Source: Mobula hypostoma (taxonomy: Eukaryota). From it: DNA of 64,000 bases. The stretch lies in assembly GCF_963921235.1 (NCBI RefSeq), contig NC_086098.1:235166001-235230000 (forward strand). Reading direction: 5' to 3'. Shown piece after piece: positions 1 to 15,000 of this stretch; the first letter of the stretch is position 1; each line of letters starts with the position of its first letter. Position numbers and translations under genes: made by a program. The notes below the pieces were generated by a model that saw nothing but the letters and a program-made list of their open reading frames with translations, was not told where the DNA came from and made no database searches.

Positions 1-2298
1 TTGTGGTTGAGCCCACTGGGGAAAGGCTATTCTGGATTGGGTGTTGTGTAATAAACGGAATTTGATCAGGAAGTTTAAGGTAAAGGAACTCTTGGGATGC
101 AGGATTAATAATATAACAGAATTCACACTACAATTTGAGAGGGAGAAGCTAAAGTCAGAGGTATTGGTATTACAATGGAGTAAAGGGAATTGTAGAGGCG
201 TGACAGAGGAGCGGTCAAAATTGATTGGAAGGGAACACTAGCAGGAAGAGCAGTAGAACAGCAGTTGTTGAAGTTTCTACAGGCAATTTGGAAGTGCCAA
301 ATAGATATATCTCAAAGAAAATGTATTCTAAAGGCAGGATGATGCAACCATGACAGGTAAGTCAAAAACAACATTAAAGTAAAAGAGAGGGCAGAATAGA
401 GCAGAAATTAGTGGGAAGTTAGAGGACTTGGGAAGTTTTTAAAACCAACAACAGGCAACTAAAAAGCCACAAGGAGGGAAAAGGTGAAAAATGAAGGTAA
501 GCTAGCCAACAATATCAAAGAGGAACCAAGTGCTTTTCAGATATATAAAGAATAAAAGAGAAGCAAGAGTGGATATTGGACCACTGGAAAATGATGCTGT
601 AGAGGTACTAATGGGTGACAAGGAAATTACAGGCGAACTGAATAGATACCTTGTATACATCTTCACTGTGGAAGACAGCAATATGCTGGAGGTTTGAAAG
701 TGTTGGAGGGCAGAAGTAAGTGCAATTGAAGAAGGTGTTTGTGAAGCTAAAAGGTATAAACACAGGTATATCACCTGTATGCCCAAGGGCTCTGAATGAG
801 GTGGCTGGAGAGATTGTGGAGCCATTTGTAATGATCTTTTAAGAATCACTAGATTCTGGCATGGTTTTGGGGGACTGAAAAATTGCAAATGTCACTCCAC
901 TCTTTAAGGAGGGAGGAAAGCAGAAGAAAGGAAATTATAGGCCAGTTAGCCTGACCTCAGTGGTTGAGAAAATATTGGAATCAATTGTTAAGCATGTGGT
1001 CTTAGGGCACATGATAAAAAAGGCCAAAGTCAGCATGCTTTCCTTAAAGGAAAATCTTGCCTGACAAATCTGTTGCAATTCTTTGAGGAAATTACATGCA
1101 GGATAGACAAAGGTGGATGTTGTGTGCTTAGATGTTCAGAAGGCCTTGTAAAAGGTGCCGCACATGAGGCTGCTTAACAAGTTATGAGCTCATGGTATTT
1201 TAAGGAAGGTACTAGCATAGACAGAGCATTGGCTGATTAGCAGGAGGCAAAGAGTGGGAATAAAGGGAGCATTTTCTGGTTGGCTGCCAATGACAAGTGG
1301 TGTTCTGAATGGGTCGGTGTTTGGCTTGCTTGTTTTTACTCTACATGTCAATGGTTTTGATGGAATTGATGGTTTTGTGACCAGGTTTCCGGATGATACA
1401 AAGATAGGTGGAGAGGCAGGTAGTGATGAGGAAGCAGCGAGGCTGCGGAAGGACTTGCACAGATTAGGAGAATGGGTAAAGGAGTGGCAGATGAAGCATA
1501 GCATAGGAAAGTGTATGGTTATGCACTTTGGTAAAAGGCACAAAAGCGTAGACTATTTTCTAAACCGGGCAGAAAATTCAAAAAACTGAGATGCAAAGGT
1601 ACTTGGGAGTTTTTGCACAGGATTCCCTAAAGGTTAACTTGCATGTTGAATCGGTGATGAGGAAGGCAAATGTAATGTTAGCATTCACTTCGAGAGGACT
1701 AGAATATAAAAACAAGGATGTAATGCTAAGGCTTTGTAAAGCACTGGGAAAGGCTTGCTTGGAGGATTGTGAGCAGTTTTGGGTGCATTATCTCAGAAAG
1801 AATGTGCTGACATTGGAGAAGGTTCAAAGGATGTTCAAGAGAATGATTCCAGGAATGAAAGGCATTTGATGGCTCTGGGCTTGTACTCAATGGAATTTAG
1901 AAGAATGGGGAAGAAACTCATTGAAATCTATTGAATATTGAAAGGTCTAGGTAGGGTAAATGAGAGGATGTTTCCAATAGTAGGAGAGTCTAGGACCAGA
2001 GGGCACAGCCTCAGAGTAGAAAGACATCCATTTAGAGTGGAGATCGGGAGTCATTTCTTTAGCAGAGGGTGATGAATCTGTGGAATTCATTTCCACAGAT
2101 GGCTGTGGAGGTCGGGTCATTGGGAGTGTTTAAGGTAGAAGTTGATGGTTTCTTCATTAGTCAGGGTGTGAAAGGTTATGGGGAGAAGGCAGGAGAATGG
2201 AATTGAGAGGAAAAATGAATCGGCCATGATGAAATGGTGAAGCAGACTTAATGGGTCAAGCTGCCTAATTCTGCTCCTATCTCTCATGGTGTTATGGC
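1..2298 (+). mobile_element. CR1 LINE, degraded ORF2 (RT) and 3' UTR
   Basis: Frame-broken CR1 RT peptides (GIKGAFSGWLPMTSGV, FPDDTKIGG, RGLEYKNKDVMLRL) and a CR1-type 3' end cctaattctgctcctat...ttatgg near 2265-2297. Confidence 0.9.
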
Positions 2299-2299
2299 C

Positions 2300-2691
2300 T
2301 TCTTAACAAACAATTAACTTGCATTCCAACTTTGAGAGGTCTATGGATATGGGCCCCAGGATTCCTCTAATCCTTCACACGTTTAAGAGTCCTGCCATTA
2401 ACCCTATAAGCTGCCTTCAAATTCAACCTTCCAAAGAGAACCAGCTCACTTTTCCTGGTTGAATTTCACCTGCCACTTCTCAGCCCAACTTTGCATCCTG
2501 TCAAGGTCCTGTTCTGACCTATGCCAACCCTCCGCACTATCCACAACTTCACCAACATCTGCCTCACAGGCTTACCTGCAGACTTACCCTCTACTTGCTC
2601 ATCCATGTCATTTATAAAAATCACAAAGAGTAGAGGATCCTAGAGCACCTTCAGTCACTGAGCTCCAGGCAGAATCCTCTCCATCTACTAC
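2300..2691 (-). mobile_element. Old CR1 fragment interrupted by the Gypsy element; continues at 15524-15680
   Basis: Sequence ...ccatctactac resumes as ctaccagcatctgccttctgtggc... beyond the far LTR. Confidence 0.7.
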
Positions 2692-2883
2692 TGTAGGTTT
2701 CCACAAACAAGATGAAGTGAGGCATTTATTGTTTATTGAACCCCAAAATCTACACAACAGAAGTGTCCAAAAACCTTTTACATAATAATGTCATCACATC
2801 AGACCGGCCTCTTAAAGCTGAACCCTAACTCGATGTTGGTGGTTGTGAATTATGTATATTTCAACCAATTATGTTACTCTACA
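2692..2883 (-). repeat. 3' LTR of the Gypsy element
   Basis: tgtaggtt...actctaca, alignable to 15333-15523. Confidence 0.9.
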
Positions 2884-4578
2884 CAGCACCACTCCACTTC
2901 CCCCCAACCTCCGTCACTGAAACCGGCACTGTGAGTCTGTCTGTCGAGCTCAGACAAGCCACCCAGCTCGTGTCCTGTGTTCCATGCAGAGGGCTCTGGC
3001 TTGTCTGGATGAGCATTGACACGTTCATGGTCATGTTGTGATGCCAGGGACATGGTAGCGCAATACTCCAAATCTTGGGGGGCTGGTTTAAGGTGATCTA
3101 CTGAAACACGTTCAGTTTATCTGTGATAAAAGTCTTTTTGCCTCATTCCATAGTGCAGAACGGGCCGTCATAAAGAGCCCTAAGGGGATGTGCACATTGG
3201 CAGGCAAAAACAAACGAGGCAGAACGTAGGCCAACAGGAACCCAAGAGCGTGCACGCTGTGATAGGAGGTAGGAATAGGTGAAAAGGAATTGAGTTTACT
3301 GAGGAGGGTGGAACGCTCTGGAGGGGCCGACCAGGTGTTCTTGGTGTCAGGAACAAAATCACCCGGTACTCATGACGACTGCCCGTATACCAACCAAGCC
3401 AAGGATGTCTGCAGGTCCTTCTTTGGAGCAATTCTGAGCCCCAGCAGGGCCCAGGAGAGCCACACATGCCAGCACTCATCGGTCAGGGAAGCTCTCAGAG
3501 CAGCCTTTAAAGGGCGGTGAAACTGCTCTCATAGGCTATTGGACTGCGGGTGATACGCCGTGATGTGATGTAGCCTAACACTGAGGTTCCAGGACATCGC
3601 AGCCCAGAGGTCTAAACTGAACTGGGATCATGGTCAGAGGAAATATCAGATGGGTTGCCAAACCAAGCAACCGAGGTGCTGATGAACACCCGAGCCACAT
3701 CTGCGGCCATCGTCAATGCTAGGGGAACAACCTCTGGCCATCTGGAGGTACTGTCCACCATGGTGAGAAGGTGCGTGAAACCACAGGAGGGGTTGAGGAC
3801 AACAAGGTCCACTTTGACATGGTTCAAACCATCGTTCAGGGACCTCAAAAGGAGCCAATGGTGCCTAAACCTGATGGTTAATTTTTGCCCACTGGCTCAC
3901 ACAAGCTGTAGTCCAATCGTGCACATCCTTTCTGAGGCCATGCCAAACAAACTTTACTCCAACCAGCTTCTGTGAGGCCCTCCCGCCTGGATGTGAGAGG
4001 CCACGTATGGAGTCGAAAACTGCCCGCCTCCAGTTTGCGGGCACGATGGGCGAGGGCGATCAGTTGAGACATCGCACAGGAGGTAAAGCCCAGCTTCCCT
4101 GAACTTCATGTAAGCCAACCGGAGGCTCGTGACTGCTGTTCAGTAAGCCTGGTCCTCTGAGTCAGTTCCTCGGTCGGCTGCCATGCCAGCGTAGTCAGCC
4201 CCAACGTGTATGGCCTGAACGGCTGGCTGTTCGGGGCAATCAGCCACAGCATTAATTTGTTCCTAAATACGTTGTGTATCAGTTGTGAACTCTGATATGT
4301 AGGCCATTTGGCGTTGCTGCCATGCAGACCAAGGGCCTGATATTTTGGCCATCGTGTGCACGAGCGGTTTGTGGTTAACGAACATGGTGAAATGGCGACG
4401 TTCTAGAAGACGACGAAACTGCTGTACTTCCTTTCGGGGGCAGAGATGCTGACTGAAGAAGGTGAGCGGCTGCCGTACGACTCCGGCCAGCTGTTCACAC
4501 ACAGCGCCCACAGCATAACCGGAGGCATCAGTTGTAATGGTTATGGGTATGCTGAAGAACAGGTGCGGCAGTAGGGTC

Positions 4579-7088
4579 CATAAGACATAGGAGCAGAATT
4601 AGGCCATTCAGTCCATCAAGTCTGCTCTGCCATTCCATCATGGCTGATCCTGGATCTCACTCAACTCCATACACTGCCTTCTCGCCATATCTTTTGATGC
4701 CCTGATCGATCAGGAAACTATCAACTTCCACTTTAAATATACCCACATATTTGGCCTCCACTGCAGTCTGTGGCAGAGTATTCCACAAATTCACTACTCT
4801 TTGGCTAAAAAAAAGCCTCCTTACCTCTGTTCTAAAGGGTGGCCCCTCAATTTTGAGGCTGTGTCCTCTAGTTCTGGATACCCCCACCATAGGAACCATC
4901 CTCTCCACATCCACCCTATCTAGTCCATTCAACATCTGGATCTGGTAGTTTTCAATGAGATCACCCCGCATTCTTCTAAATTCCAGTGAGTACGGGCCCA
5001 AAGCTGCTGAATGATCCACATGTTAACCCCTTCATTCCCGAACCATCCTCGTGAACCTACTAAGGACTCTCTCCAATGACAACACATCCTTTCTGAGATA
5101 CATGTCTCAAAACTGTTGATAATACTCCAAATGTGGCCTGAGTAGAGTCTTGTAAAGGTTCAGCATTATTTCCATCCAGTAGTTTTCTATAACCCTTGAA
5201 ATAAATGCCAAAATCGCCTTTGTCTTCTTTACCTCAGACTCAACCTGTAAGTTAACCTTCTGGGTGTCTTGCACAAGGAGCCCTAGGTCCCTTTACACCT
5301 CTGATATCTGAATTCACCTCCTCCCCCCCCCCCCGCCGCCATTGTTACTTAACAGATTATTCAGGCAAGATTTCCCTTTACAGAAACCATGCTGATTTTG
5401 ACTTATTTAATCATTAGTCTCCAAGTACCCCGAAACCTTATCCTTAATAACAGACTCCAACACTTCCCAACCACTGAGGTTAGGCTTACTGGCCTATAAT
5501 TTCCTTCCTTTTGCCTTAATCCCTTCTTAAAGAGTGGAGTGATATTTACAATTTTCCAGTCCTCCGGGACCATGCCAGAATCATGTGATTCTTGAAAGAT
5601 CATGACCAATGCATCCGTTATCTCTTCAGCAACCTCTCTCAGGACTCTAGAATGTAGTCCATCTGGTCCAGCTGATGTTTCAATCTCAAGACTTTTGAGT
5701 TTGCCTAGCAGTTTCTCCTTTGTAATAGCAATGGCACCCACTCCTCGTTCCTGACACTCGTGGACCTCTGGCACACTGCTAGTGTCCTGCACAGTGAAGA
5801 CAGGGGCAAAATTCATCTTGCCATTTCTTTCTCCCCCATTACTACCTCATCAGCATCATTTTCCAGTCGTCCAATATCAACTCTTGATATAACTGGGAAA
5901 ATGTTTAGTATCCTGCTTTATATTATTGGCTAGTTTGTCCTTATATTTCATCTTTTCCCTTCTTATAGCTTTTTAAGTTGCCTTTTGTTGGATTTTAAAA
6001 GCTTCCCAATCATCCAACTTCCCATTCACTTTTGCTACCTTACATGCGCTTTCCTTGGCTTTTATACAGTCAGTTCTTAACTTCCTTTGTCAGCCACGGT
6101 TGCCTACCCCTGCCATTTGAAAACAACTTCTGTGGGACATATTTATTTTGTGCCTTATGAACTATTCTCAGAAACTTCAGCCATCTCTGCTCTGCCATCA
6201 TCCCCACCAGTATCCTCCTCCAATCAATCTGGGCAAGCTCCTCTCTCATGATCTGTAATTCCCTTTATTCCCCTTCGATACTGATACATGTGACTTATGC
6301 TTTTCCTTCTCAAATTGCCATATGAATTCAATCATATTATGATCACTATCTCCTGAGGGTTAACACAGGAGATAACACAACACCCAACCTGAGATAACCT
6401 TTCCCCGAGTAGGCTCAAACATGAACTGCTCCAAAAAGCCATCTTGTAGGCATTTAACAAATTCCTTCTTGTGTCATCCAACACCAACCTGATGTTTCCA
6501 ATCCCCTTGCATATTGAAGTCCCCCATAATGTCCCAGATGTGACATTACCATTATTACATACCTTTTCCATTTTCCTTTGCAATCTCAACCCCACATCTT
6601 GGCTACTATTTGGAGGCCTATATTTGATTCCCATAATAGTATTTTAACCGTTGCAGTTTCTTAACTCCACTCACAAAGATTCAATGTTCTCTGACCCTAT
6701 GTCACTTCTTTCTAATGATGTAGTTCCATCTCTTACCAAGAGAGCCACACCACCGCCTCGGCCTTCCTGCCTGTCCTTTCGATACAAAGAATATCCTTTG
6801 ATGTTAAACTCCCAACTACGGCCTTCTTTCAGCCACGATTCAGTGATGCCCACAACATCATACCGGCCAATCTCTAACTGCACCACAAGCTCATCCACCT
6901 TATTCTGAATGCCACGTGTATTTAAATACAGCACCTTCAGCCCTAAATTCTTCACCATTTTGAATTTTACCCCTGTGGTACAATTTAACTCTTTGCTCTG
7001 TCTGCATTTGTACCCAGTCATAGGCTTGTCCTTCCTTACATTCATGTTACATGCATCATTTACTTGTAAACCACTGCCTCTTCCTCAG
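4579..7088 (-). mobile_element. CR1 LINE nested in Gypsy pol (endonuclease plus RT, internal deletion near 5340)
   Basis: 3' tail cataagacataggagcagaattaggcc. ORFs LKVLYLNTRGIQNKVDEL (APE), DWKIVNITPLFKKG...NYRPVSLTSVVGK, and SRTRGHSLKI. Confidence 0.9.
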
Positions 7089-9090
7089 TGAAGATCTTGA
7101 TTTGCAGTGTTGCCTTTAAGTGCACTACACAGGAGAAGCATAGGCTCAGCGGCCGCAGAATGAAAGGGTGATGGACATTCACCATGCCTAAAAACTCCTG
7201 TAGTTTTTTAGTAGTCTGTGGTGGTGGGAAATCCATTATAGTGGCTACTTTTGATGGGAAGTAGTTTTGCACCTTCTGCAGAGATGCAACGGCCGAGAGT
7301 CAATGGTTGACAACCCAAACTGGCATTTTGCAGGGTTAATAGTCAACCCGTGTTGGCTTAAGTACTCGAAAAGTGTGCAGAGATGAGATATGTGTTCAGA
7401 TTTGGAAGCACTGATGACAAATATGTTATCCAGATAAATGAGAAGAAATGAAAAGAAAACCTAAGTCTTTTAATACAGAGTCCCTCAGACACTGGAAAGT
7501 CTGTGCTGCATTTTTCAGTCCAAGCAATATGCGCAGAAATTCAAAAAGGTCAGGTGGGGTTATCGTACTTGTTTTGGGAATATCCTCTGAGCACACAGGC
7601 ACCTGATGGTAGCCCCAAACTGGATTGCCTTTGGGAAAAATTAACTTTCCGGCTAAACATGCCAATAAGTCTTGAATGTGAGGGACTGGGTAACGATCAG
7701 GGTGGTGGCCTCGTTACGGTGTTGGTGATCACCAAAAGGCCGGCAACCACCAATGCACTTGGGGACCATATGGAGGGGCGAAGCTCAGGGGCTACTTGGT
7801 TGGTGTACAATTCTGAGTCTTTTCAGGCTGGCAAACTCAGCCTTTGCAGTTGTCAGCCTTTCTGGGTACAGTCTACGCACGCGGGCATGGACTGGCGGGC
7901 CAGTTGTGGGAATGTGGTGCTCGACCCTGTGTTTGGAAACTGTAGTGGAGAATGTGGACTTACTGAGCTTTGGGAATTCGCCCAGCAGTTGTGGTGGTGC
8001 ATGCACTTGACAGAGTCGTTGTGGGGAACTTACTGGGGGAACAGATAACAACACAAAGTCCTTGACATCCACAAGCTGGCAGTTCTTAAGATTGTCTAAA
8101 AGTCCTTGGGCGCACAGGAAGTCTGCACCAAGCTGAGGTCTAGCCACTTTAGTCAGGACGAAGGCCCATGTATACGGTCACCCACTGAATAGAGTGACAC
8201 CCATTGTGTCCCGTAAGTCTGGATCGTCACAACAGCCGTCATCTGAGTGGGCAGAGTCAGAGTGGTGATCCTGAGGCTTTAGCTCTGCGAGGCTTCTGCA
8301 GAGACAGGCTTCAGTCAGAGAAAGCAAAGAAAAGAAAAGCTCCAGGTAAAGTGTTTTTCTTCCCTTCTTTATATCTGCTCAGCTAGGACAGTAGAGATGC
8401 CAGGCTGGACGGTTGAATGCTTCTCTTGTGTGATGTGGGATGGCAGGGAGACCTTCAGTGCCCCTGACGACTACAACTGCGAGAAGTGCATCCGGCTGCA
8501 ACTTCTAACAATCCACGTTAAGGAGTTGGAGCTGGAACTGGATGAACTTTGGAGGGGGTGATAGATAAGGTGCTGGAGACAGGAGAGTGGGTGACAGTCA
8601 GGAAGGGAAGAGGGGTGAAGGAGCCAGTGCAATGTGGCCGTCCCTCGTAACAACACTTTGGATACTATCAAGGGGGATGACCTAACAGAGAAAATGTGAT
8701 AGGGGATTTGTTAGTTAGGGGAACAGACAGGAGGCTCTGTGGGCAAGAACGAGAGGCGTGCTGCCTCCTGGGTACCAGGGTCCAAGGTATCTCAGATTGC
8801 GTGGGAAGGTGAATGGCCAGATGTTGTGGTTCATGTAGGTACCGATGACATGGGTAGGAAGGGTGATGAGGTTCTGCTTAGCAAGTCCAAGGGTTAGGTG
8901 CTAAGTTAAAGGGCAGGACCTCCAGGGGTTGTGGCTGCCCGTGCCGCATGCCGGTGAGGCCACAACTAGGAAGATTATACAGTTTATTAACTGTATTAAT
9001 ATGTGGCTAAAGAGTTGGTGTAGGAGGGAGGGCATAAGATTTTTGGATCATTGGGTTCTCTTCCAGGGAAGGTGGGGCCTGTACAGAAGG

Positions 9091-9460
9091 GTTTCAAAGT
9101 TTTCAAAGGTACATTTAATGTCAGAGAAATGTATACGATATACATCCTGAAATGCTTTTACTTCACAAACATCCACGAAAACAGAGGAGTGCCCCAAATG
9201 AATGACAGTTAAATGTTAGAACCCCAAAGTCCCCTCCCACGCATAAGTGGCAGCAAGCAACAATCCGTCCTCCCCCCACTTGCAAAAAAAAAGCATTGGC
9301 ACCTGCCACCGAGCACTCAAATCTGAGCAAAGCAAGCACAAAGACACAGACGCAGTACCCCAAAGACTACCTGTTCACCCAGTATTTGACACTCCACAGG
9401 CTCTCTCTCTCAGAGGTGTCTCCATTTCACAGCGAGAGGGGAGACATTACAAACAACTCG
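9091..9460 (-). mobile_element. Short retroposon/LINE 3' fragment inserted in CR1 ORF1
   Basis: Interrupts the CR1 string ctgtacagaaggg...ttgcacctgaactggagg and has a ttcaaag-type tail. Confidence 0.5.
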
Positions 9461-10757
9461 TTGCACCTGAACTGGAGGGTGACCTATCAGGAAGGTTTGT
9501 TAATGCTGCACAGTGGGGTTTTAACTAGCAGGAGGATGGAAACCAGAGGGCCAGAACAGTGTAGTGGAGAGTTGGTGGAGACAGATGTTGGTAAGGCCTC
9601 GGACAAAGTCAGGAATCAAAAGATTGAGTATGGTGTGACTAGTGTCCTGAGCTGTGTATATTTCAATGCAACAATAATAGTGCTGACGATGAGGTAGCTG
9701 ATTTACAAACAGAGGTAGTGAGGAGAGGCTGTTGATGAGGCAAAATTGCAGTCAACAGGATGAGTTGCAACGCAAAAGGAAGACAAAATCAAACAGGGTG
9801 AATACAGGACTGAAGGTGTTGTACCTGAATACACGCAGCATATGGAATAAGGTAGATGAACTTGCAGCACAGTGCAGATTGGCATTTGTGATGTAGGCAG
9901 CACTGAATCATGACTGAAAGATTGCAGCTGGAAGCTTAATGTCCAAGGATTCACATTGTATTGAAAGGGTAGGCAGGAAGGCAGAGGGGGTGGCTTGGCT
10001 CTGTTAGTAAAAAACCTAATGAAATCATTAGAAAGTGGTGACATAGGGTCAGATGTTGTTGAATCATTGTGCATAGAGCTCAGGAACTGCAAGGGTAAAA
10101 AGACATTGATGGGAGATTTATACAGACCCCCAAACACAAGTGAGGATGAGGTCTACAAATTCTAAAGGGAGATAGAAAATACATGCCAAAACAGCAATGT
10201 TACAATTGTCATGGGGGGATTTCAATACATGGGTAGATTAGAAAAATCAGGTTGGTGCTGGATTCCAGGAGGGCAGATTTCTAGAGTTCCAATGAGATGG
10301 GTTCTAGAGAAGCTGATGGCTGAGTCCACTAGGGGATCAGCTATTCTGGAATGGGTGTTGTGTAATGAACCAAAATTTATTTGTGAGCTTAAGTACTTGT
10401 GCGGGAATGGAGAGAAATCTGAAGGGTTCGCAGGCAGACTGTGGAGTGGGCAGACAGTATCTGTTTCCCTGGGTTGAAATATATAATTCTGGAGGACATG
10501 CATTTAAGGTCAAATGAGGTAATTTTAACAGAGATGTGGGGAGCAAGTTTCTTTATACAGTAATTGGTGGGTACCTGGAATGTTCTGCCTGGGGTGGTTG
10601 TAGGGGCAGATATATTAGAGACATTTAGATAGGCACATGAATGTGAGAAAATGGAAGGATACAGACATTTTGTAGGCAGAAGGGATTAGCTTAGTTGGTC
10701 ATTTTATTATTAATTGGTTCGACACAACTTTGTGGGCCAAGGGGTCTGTGTCTCTAC

Positions 10758-12035
10758 CGTACTGAGCAACAGGTCAATGGCAGATGCCATCTCTCTGACC
10801 CTACATTCCTCCTTAGAACACCTGGAGAATAAAGATGCATACGTAAGGCTCCTTTTCATTGACTACAGCTCTGCCTTTAATACCATCATTCCAAATAAAC
10901 TGATTCCTAAGCTCTGGAACCTGGGCCTTAGCACTCAGATCTGCAGCTGGATCTTCAACTTCCTCACAGACATGACTCAGGCTGTAAAAATAGGGGACAA
11001 GCTCTCCTCTACAATCACTCTGAGCACCGGTGCCCCACAAGGCTGTGTACTCAGCCCCCTGCTGCACTCACTGTACACCCATGATTGTGTAGCCAAGTTT
11101 CCATCAAACCCAATATATAAGTTTGCTGATGACACAACAATTGTAGGCCGTATCTCGGGTAATAATGAGTTTGAGTACAGAGAGGAAATTAAGAACCTGG
11201 TGGCATGGTGCGAAGACAATAACCTATCCCTCGACGTCAGCAAGACAAAGGAATTGGTTGTTGACTTCAGAAGGAGTAGCGGACCGCACGACCCAATTTA
11301 CATCAGTGGTGCGCAAGTGGAACAGGTCAAAAGCTTTAAGTTCCTCAGGGTCCATATCATAAATGACCTGACTTGGTCCAACCAAGCAGAGTCCACTGCC
11401 AAGAAGGCCCACCAGCGCCTTTACATCCTGAGAAAGCTGAAGAAATTTGGCCTGTCCCCTAAAACCCTCACTAATTTTTATAGATGCACCGTAGAAAGCA
11501 TTCTTCTAGAGTGCATCACAACCTGGTATGGAAGTTGTCCTGTCCAAGACCGAAAGAAGCTGCAGAAGATCGTGAACATGGCGCAGCACATCACACAAAC
11601 CAATCTTCCGTCCTTGGACTCACTTTACACCGCATGCTGTCGCAGCAGTGCTGCCAGGATAATCAAGGACACGACCCACCCAGCCAACACACTTTTCGTC
11701 CCTCTTCCCTCCGGGAGATGGCTCAGGAGCTTGAAGATTCGTATGGTCAGATTTGGGAACAGCTTCTTTCCAACTGTGTTAAGACTGCTGAACGGATCCT
11801 GACCCGGATCTGGGCCGTACCCTCCAAATATCCGGACCTGCCTCTTGGTTTTTTTGCACTACCTTACTTGCCATTTTTCTATTTTCTATTTATGATTTAT
11901 AACTTAAATTTTTATATTTACTAATTTTTACTATTTTTAATATTTAACATTTGTAATCCAGGAAGCGGGAAGCGCAGAATCAAATACTGCCGTGATGATT
12001 GTACGTTCTAGTATCAATTGTTTGGTGGCAATAAG
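10758..12035 (+). mobile_element. Rex1/Babar non-LTR retrotransposon, 5'-truncated, RT ORF still open (10777-11802)
   Basis: [58 protein letters not shown] motifs in one uninterrupted frame. Confidence 0.92.
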
Positions 12036-15000
12036 CACTGTTCTATGTCCTAGTCTTAAGGTAAAAGAACCCTTAGGGGATAGTGATCATAATATGATAG
12101 ATTTCAGTCTGAAATTTGAGAAGGAGATGCTAAAATCAGAAGTATCAGTATTACAGTGGAGTAAAGGGAATTACAGAGGCAGGAGACAAGAGTTGGCCAG
12201 AAGTAATTGGAAAAGAACACTGGCAGGAATGCCGACAGAGCCACAGTGGCTGGAATTTCTGGAAGCAATTCGGAAGGCACAGGAGAAGGCAAAGAGGAAG
12301 AAGTATTCTAAAGGCAAGATGACACCACTGTGGCTAACAAAAGAAGTCAAAGCCAACATAAAAGCAAAAGAGAGGGCATATAATACAGCAAAGATTAGTC
12401 CGAAGATAGAGGATTGGGAAGCTTTTAAAAACCAACAGAAGGCAAATAAAAAAAGTTGTTAAGAAGGTAAAGAAAGAATTCGAAAGTAAGCTAGCTAATA
12501 ATATTAAAGTAGATATCAAAAGTTTCTTCAGATACATGAAGTGTAAAAGAGGGGCCAGAGTTGATATCAGACTGCTGGAAAACGATGTTGGAGAGGTAGT
12601 AATGGGGTCAACAAAATAGCGGATAAATTCAATAAGAATTTTGTGTCAGTCTTCACTGTGGAAGAGACTAGCAGTATGGTGGAAATTCCAGGTGTCAGAG
12701 GTCATACAGTGTGTGACGTCACCATTACTAATGCCAAAGTTCTTGGGAAACTGAAAGGTCTGAAGGTAGATAAGTCACCTGGACCAGATGGTATACACCT
12801 CAAGGTCCTGAAAGAGGTGGCTGAAGATATCGTGTAGGCAATAGTAATGATTTTCAAGAATCATTAGATTCTGGAATGTTTCTGAAGGACTGGAAAATTG
12901 CAAATGTCACTCCACCCTTTAAAAAGTTAGAGAGGCAGAAGAAAGGAAACTGTTGGTCAGCTAGTCTGACCTCAGTGGCAGGGAAGGTCTTGGAGTCGAT
13001 TATTAAGGATAAGGTCTCAGTGCACTTAGAGTCACATGATAAAATAGTCAGTATGGTTTCCTCAAGGTAGAATCTTGCCTGAAAAGTCTCTTGGAATTCT
13101 TTGAGAAGTAACAAGCAATATAGACAAAGGAGAATCAGTTGATGTGTACTTGGATTTTCAGAAGGCCTTTGACCAGGTGCCACACGTGAGACTGCTTAAC
13201 AAGCTACAAACCCGTGGTATTACAGGGAAGATTCTAGCATGGATAAATCAGTGGTTGATTGGCAGGAAGCAAAGTGTGGGTATAAAGGGAGCCTCTTCTG
13301 ACTGGCTGCTGGTGACTACTGGTGTTTCACAGGGGTCTGTGTTGGGACCAATTCTTTATAAGTTATATGTCAGTGATTTAGATAATGCAATTGATGACTT
13401 TGTTGCAACGTTTGCAGATGATATGAAGATAGGTGGAGGGGCAGATAGATTTGAAGTAGAGAAGCTATAGAAGGACTTAGATTAGGAGAATGGACAAAGA
13501 TGGAATACAGTGTTGGCAAGTGAATCGTCATGCACTTTGGTAGAAGAGATGAAAGGATTGACTACTTTCTAAATGGAGAGAAAATATTAAAAAACTGAGG
13601 TGTGAAGGGACTTGAGAGTCCTTGTGCAGGATCAGAATCAGAAAAAGGTTGGTTTGCAGACTATCAAGAAGACAAATGCAATGTTGGTCTTCATTGCTAA
13701 AGGGATTGAATTTAAGAGCAGGGAGGTTATGCTGCAACTGTATAGGGTATTGGCGAGGTCGCACCTGGAGTACTGCGTGCAGTTCTGGTCTCCTTACTTG
13801 AGGAAAGATATACTGGCTTTGGAGGCAGTGCAGAGGAGGTTCACCAGGTTGACTGCAGAGATGAGGGGGTTAACCTATAAGGAGAGATTGAGTCACCTGG
13901 GACTGTATTGGCTGGAATTCAGAAGAATGAGAGGAGATCTTATAGAAACATATAAAATTATGAAAGGGATAAAAAAAAGATAGAGGCAGGAAAGTTGTTT
14001 CCACTGGTAGGTGAGACTAGAAGTAGGGGACATCGCCTCAAGATCCAGGGGAGTAAATATGGGACGGAGATGAGGAGAAACTGCTTTTCCCAGAGAGTAG
14101 AGAATTTGTGGAATTCTCTGCCCAATGCAGCAGTGGCGGCTACCTCAGTAAATATATTTAAGACAAGGTTGGGTATATTCTTCCAGAGTAGGGGAATTAA
14201 GGGTTATGGGAAATAGGCGGGTAGGTGGAGATGAGTCCATGGTCAGATCAGCCATGATCTTCTTGTATAGTGGAGCAGGCTCGATGGGCTGAATGGCCTG
14301 CCCTTGCTCCTGTTTCTTATGTTCTTATATTTAAGGCAAAGCTTAATGAATTCTTGATTGATCAGGAGATGAAGGAATACGGAGGGAAGGCAGAGGAAAG
14401 GAGCTGAGAGGAGAATTGAATCAGCCTTGATAAAATGGCAAAGCAGATTCGATGGTCAGATAGCCTAGTTCTGCTCCTATATCTTATGGATCCTGCTGTC
14501 ACTAGCGAGGTTTCGTCGCTCTTCGCCTTCTCATCAATAGGCGATGGCGACGACGCACTCATTTGAACCTGTGTTCAACGTCGCCCTGAAAGGGGTCTGT
14601 GATGAACTGTACACGACCCTGGCAGCTGGAACCCACGGTGTTCACGGACCTCTGATGTCCCAGTGCGCGGGTACTGTCGAGGCTGCAAGACGGTCGGCAC
14701 TTCCTAGCATTCCTACTAAAGCGAGCGTGGTAAAAGTACAGGCCCCCGCGTTCTCCGTTTCTCAGCTGGGGCGGCGGGGCTCACTGAGGTCGAGAAAGGA
14801 GGAGGAATGATGCACCGCTACCTGGCTGAGTGTAGACTATCAGCCATTTTAGCAAGCGCCCTGGTGCCGTTTACAGGTGCATTAGAGAGGGCTATGCAAA
14901 CTTGATCGGGCACTTGCTGCATGGAGAGTTGTTTACAAATAAAACAAGGATGGTTGTTTACCAGGAGAGTCAGCGTGTGGTCAATTAGCGCTAATGTTTT

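Larger units (their letters stand above)
8226..14486 (+). mobile_element. Composite CR1 insertion (ORF1 esterase-like remnant, ORF2 pieces, further nested copies) inside the Gypsy protease region
   Basis: tggatc at 8220-8225 and 14487-14492 brackets the insert. ORF1-like VVVHVGTDDMGRKGDEVL, ORF2 YLDFQKAFDQVPH and FADDMKIGG. Two CR1 3' ends (~14328, ~14486). Confidence 0.85.

Noticed and set aside
10714-11802. 362-aa ORF as a host gene (this family is often mis-annotated as ALKBH8-like)
   Set aside because: It is the RT/C-terminal part of a 5'-truncated Rex/Babar retrotransposon
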